Positions 63,443 to 64,000 of a stretch of 64,000 bases of DNA are shown piece after piece. Each line of letters opens with the position of its first letter. Position 1 is the stretch's first letter. The translations under genes and the position numbers were made by a program. Location: the NCBI GenBank assembly GCA_010093605.1, contig MU004191.1:542816-606815 (forward strand), given 5' to 3'. The DNA is from Lophium mytilinum. Lineage: Eukaryota. Under the pieces are notes generated by a model, which did no database searches, was not told where the DNA came from, and saw only the letters and a program-made list of their open reading frames with translations.

Positions 63443-64000
63443 CTAAGTGCGCACGACAATACCCTGTCGCCTCGTCTGGCGGGCCTCGTACGCCTCGTCG
63501 TCCTCGCTGGAGCACTCATCCGAGTCATCGGAGAAGCCGCAGCGCGCGCCGCCGCAGTCGAGCTTGACGCGGTCGCCGGCACGGGTGATGCCGTAGCGTT
63601 CGCAGGTGCAGCAGCTCGAGGTGCTGGACACGGAGCTCGGGGAGCTCGAGTTCGACGAGCGCGACGTGAGCGACGGCACATCCGACGAGTCGTCCGAGTC
63701 GTACTCGCTGTCGTCGTCTTCCTCCTCGGACTCCTCCATGGTCGCGCGCGAGAAGCGGCTGGTGAGGGCTTCGATGGTCGCGGGCTCGTAGTTGCCGGCG
63801 ACAATGTTGCGGACCTGCCCGGGCTTCACGGGGGTGGGCGATTGGATCTTGGAGGGCGAGAGCGCGCGGCCCTTGGGGATGTCGGACGAGATGCGGCGCG
63901 AGTGGCGCTTGGAGGAGTCGCGGGATGAGGCGGCGGCGGCGGAGTGCGTGGCGGCCTTGGGGATGTCGAGGATGTTGAGCTTGCGGCCGGTGGTGGGCTC
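63443..64000 (-). CDS. 3' end of a hypothetical Ser/acidic-rich protein with a C-terminal Cys cluster; starts beyond the window
   Basis: Frame is open from 64000 (EPTTGRKLNILDIPK...) to the stop at 63443, with strong GC3 bias and CCTCERYGITRAGDRVKLDCGGARCG. Confidence 0.85.
   Translation of the reverse strand, partial: EPTTGRKLNILDIPKAATHSAAAASSRDSSKRHSRRISSDIPKGRALSPSKIQSPTPVKPGQVRNIVAGNYEPATIEALTSRFSRATMEESEEEDDDSEYDSDDSSDVPSLTSRSSNSSSPSSVSSTSSCCTCERYGITRAGDRVKLDCGGARCGFSDDSDECSSEDDEAYEARQTRRQGIVVRT

Noticed and set aside
63367..63928. Plus-strand ORFs of up to 171 aa
   Set aside because: They are antisense shadows of the GC3-biased minus-strand gene.

Overview
Eukaryotic, intron-rich DNA from a filamentous ascomycete. 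It has GT-AG introns with CTRAC/CTAAC branch sites, and the short-N-terminus LaeA suggests a Dothideomycete-like fungus (inference). I rebuilt spliced models by hand, and every complete model has a summed exon length divisible by 3. In order: a partial membrane-protein gene, a 200-aa internally duplicated protein, the velvet-complex regulator laeA, a ~9 kb ORF-poor region, a LaeA-like methyltransferase divergent from an O-methyltransferase, a pseudogene, a GH5 exo-beta-1,3-glucanase, rad50 head-to-head with white collar-2, an ABCA transporter, a ~2344-aa ZNFX1-like helicase/NF-X1/triple CbbX-type AAA+ protein head-to-head with a predicted Rai1/DXO-fold nuclease, a secreted Gly-rich protein, a Cys/His microprotein and a partial gene. 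The best candidate for an undescribed system is the helicase-AAA+/DXO-like pair, a possible fungal RNA-sensing or antiviral module. The most striking gene structure is the predicted rad50 start codon split by an intron and completed by a 2-nt microexon.
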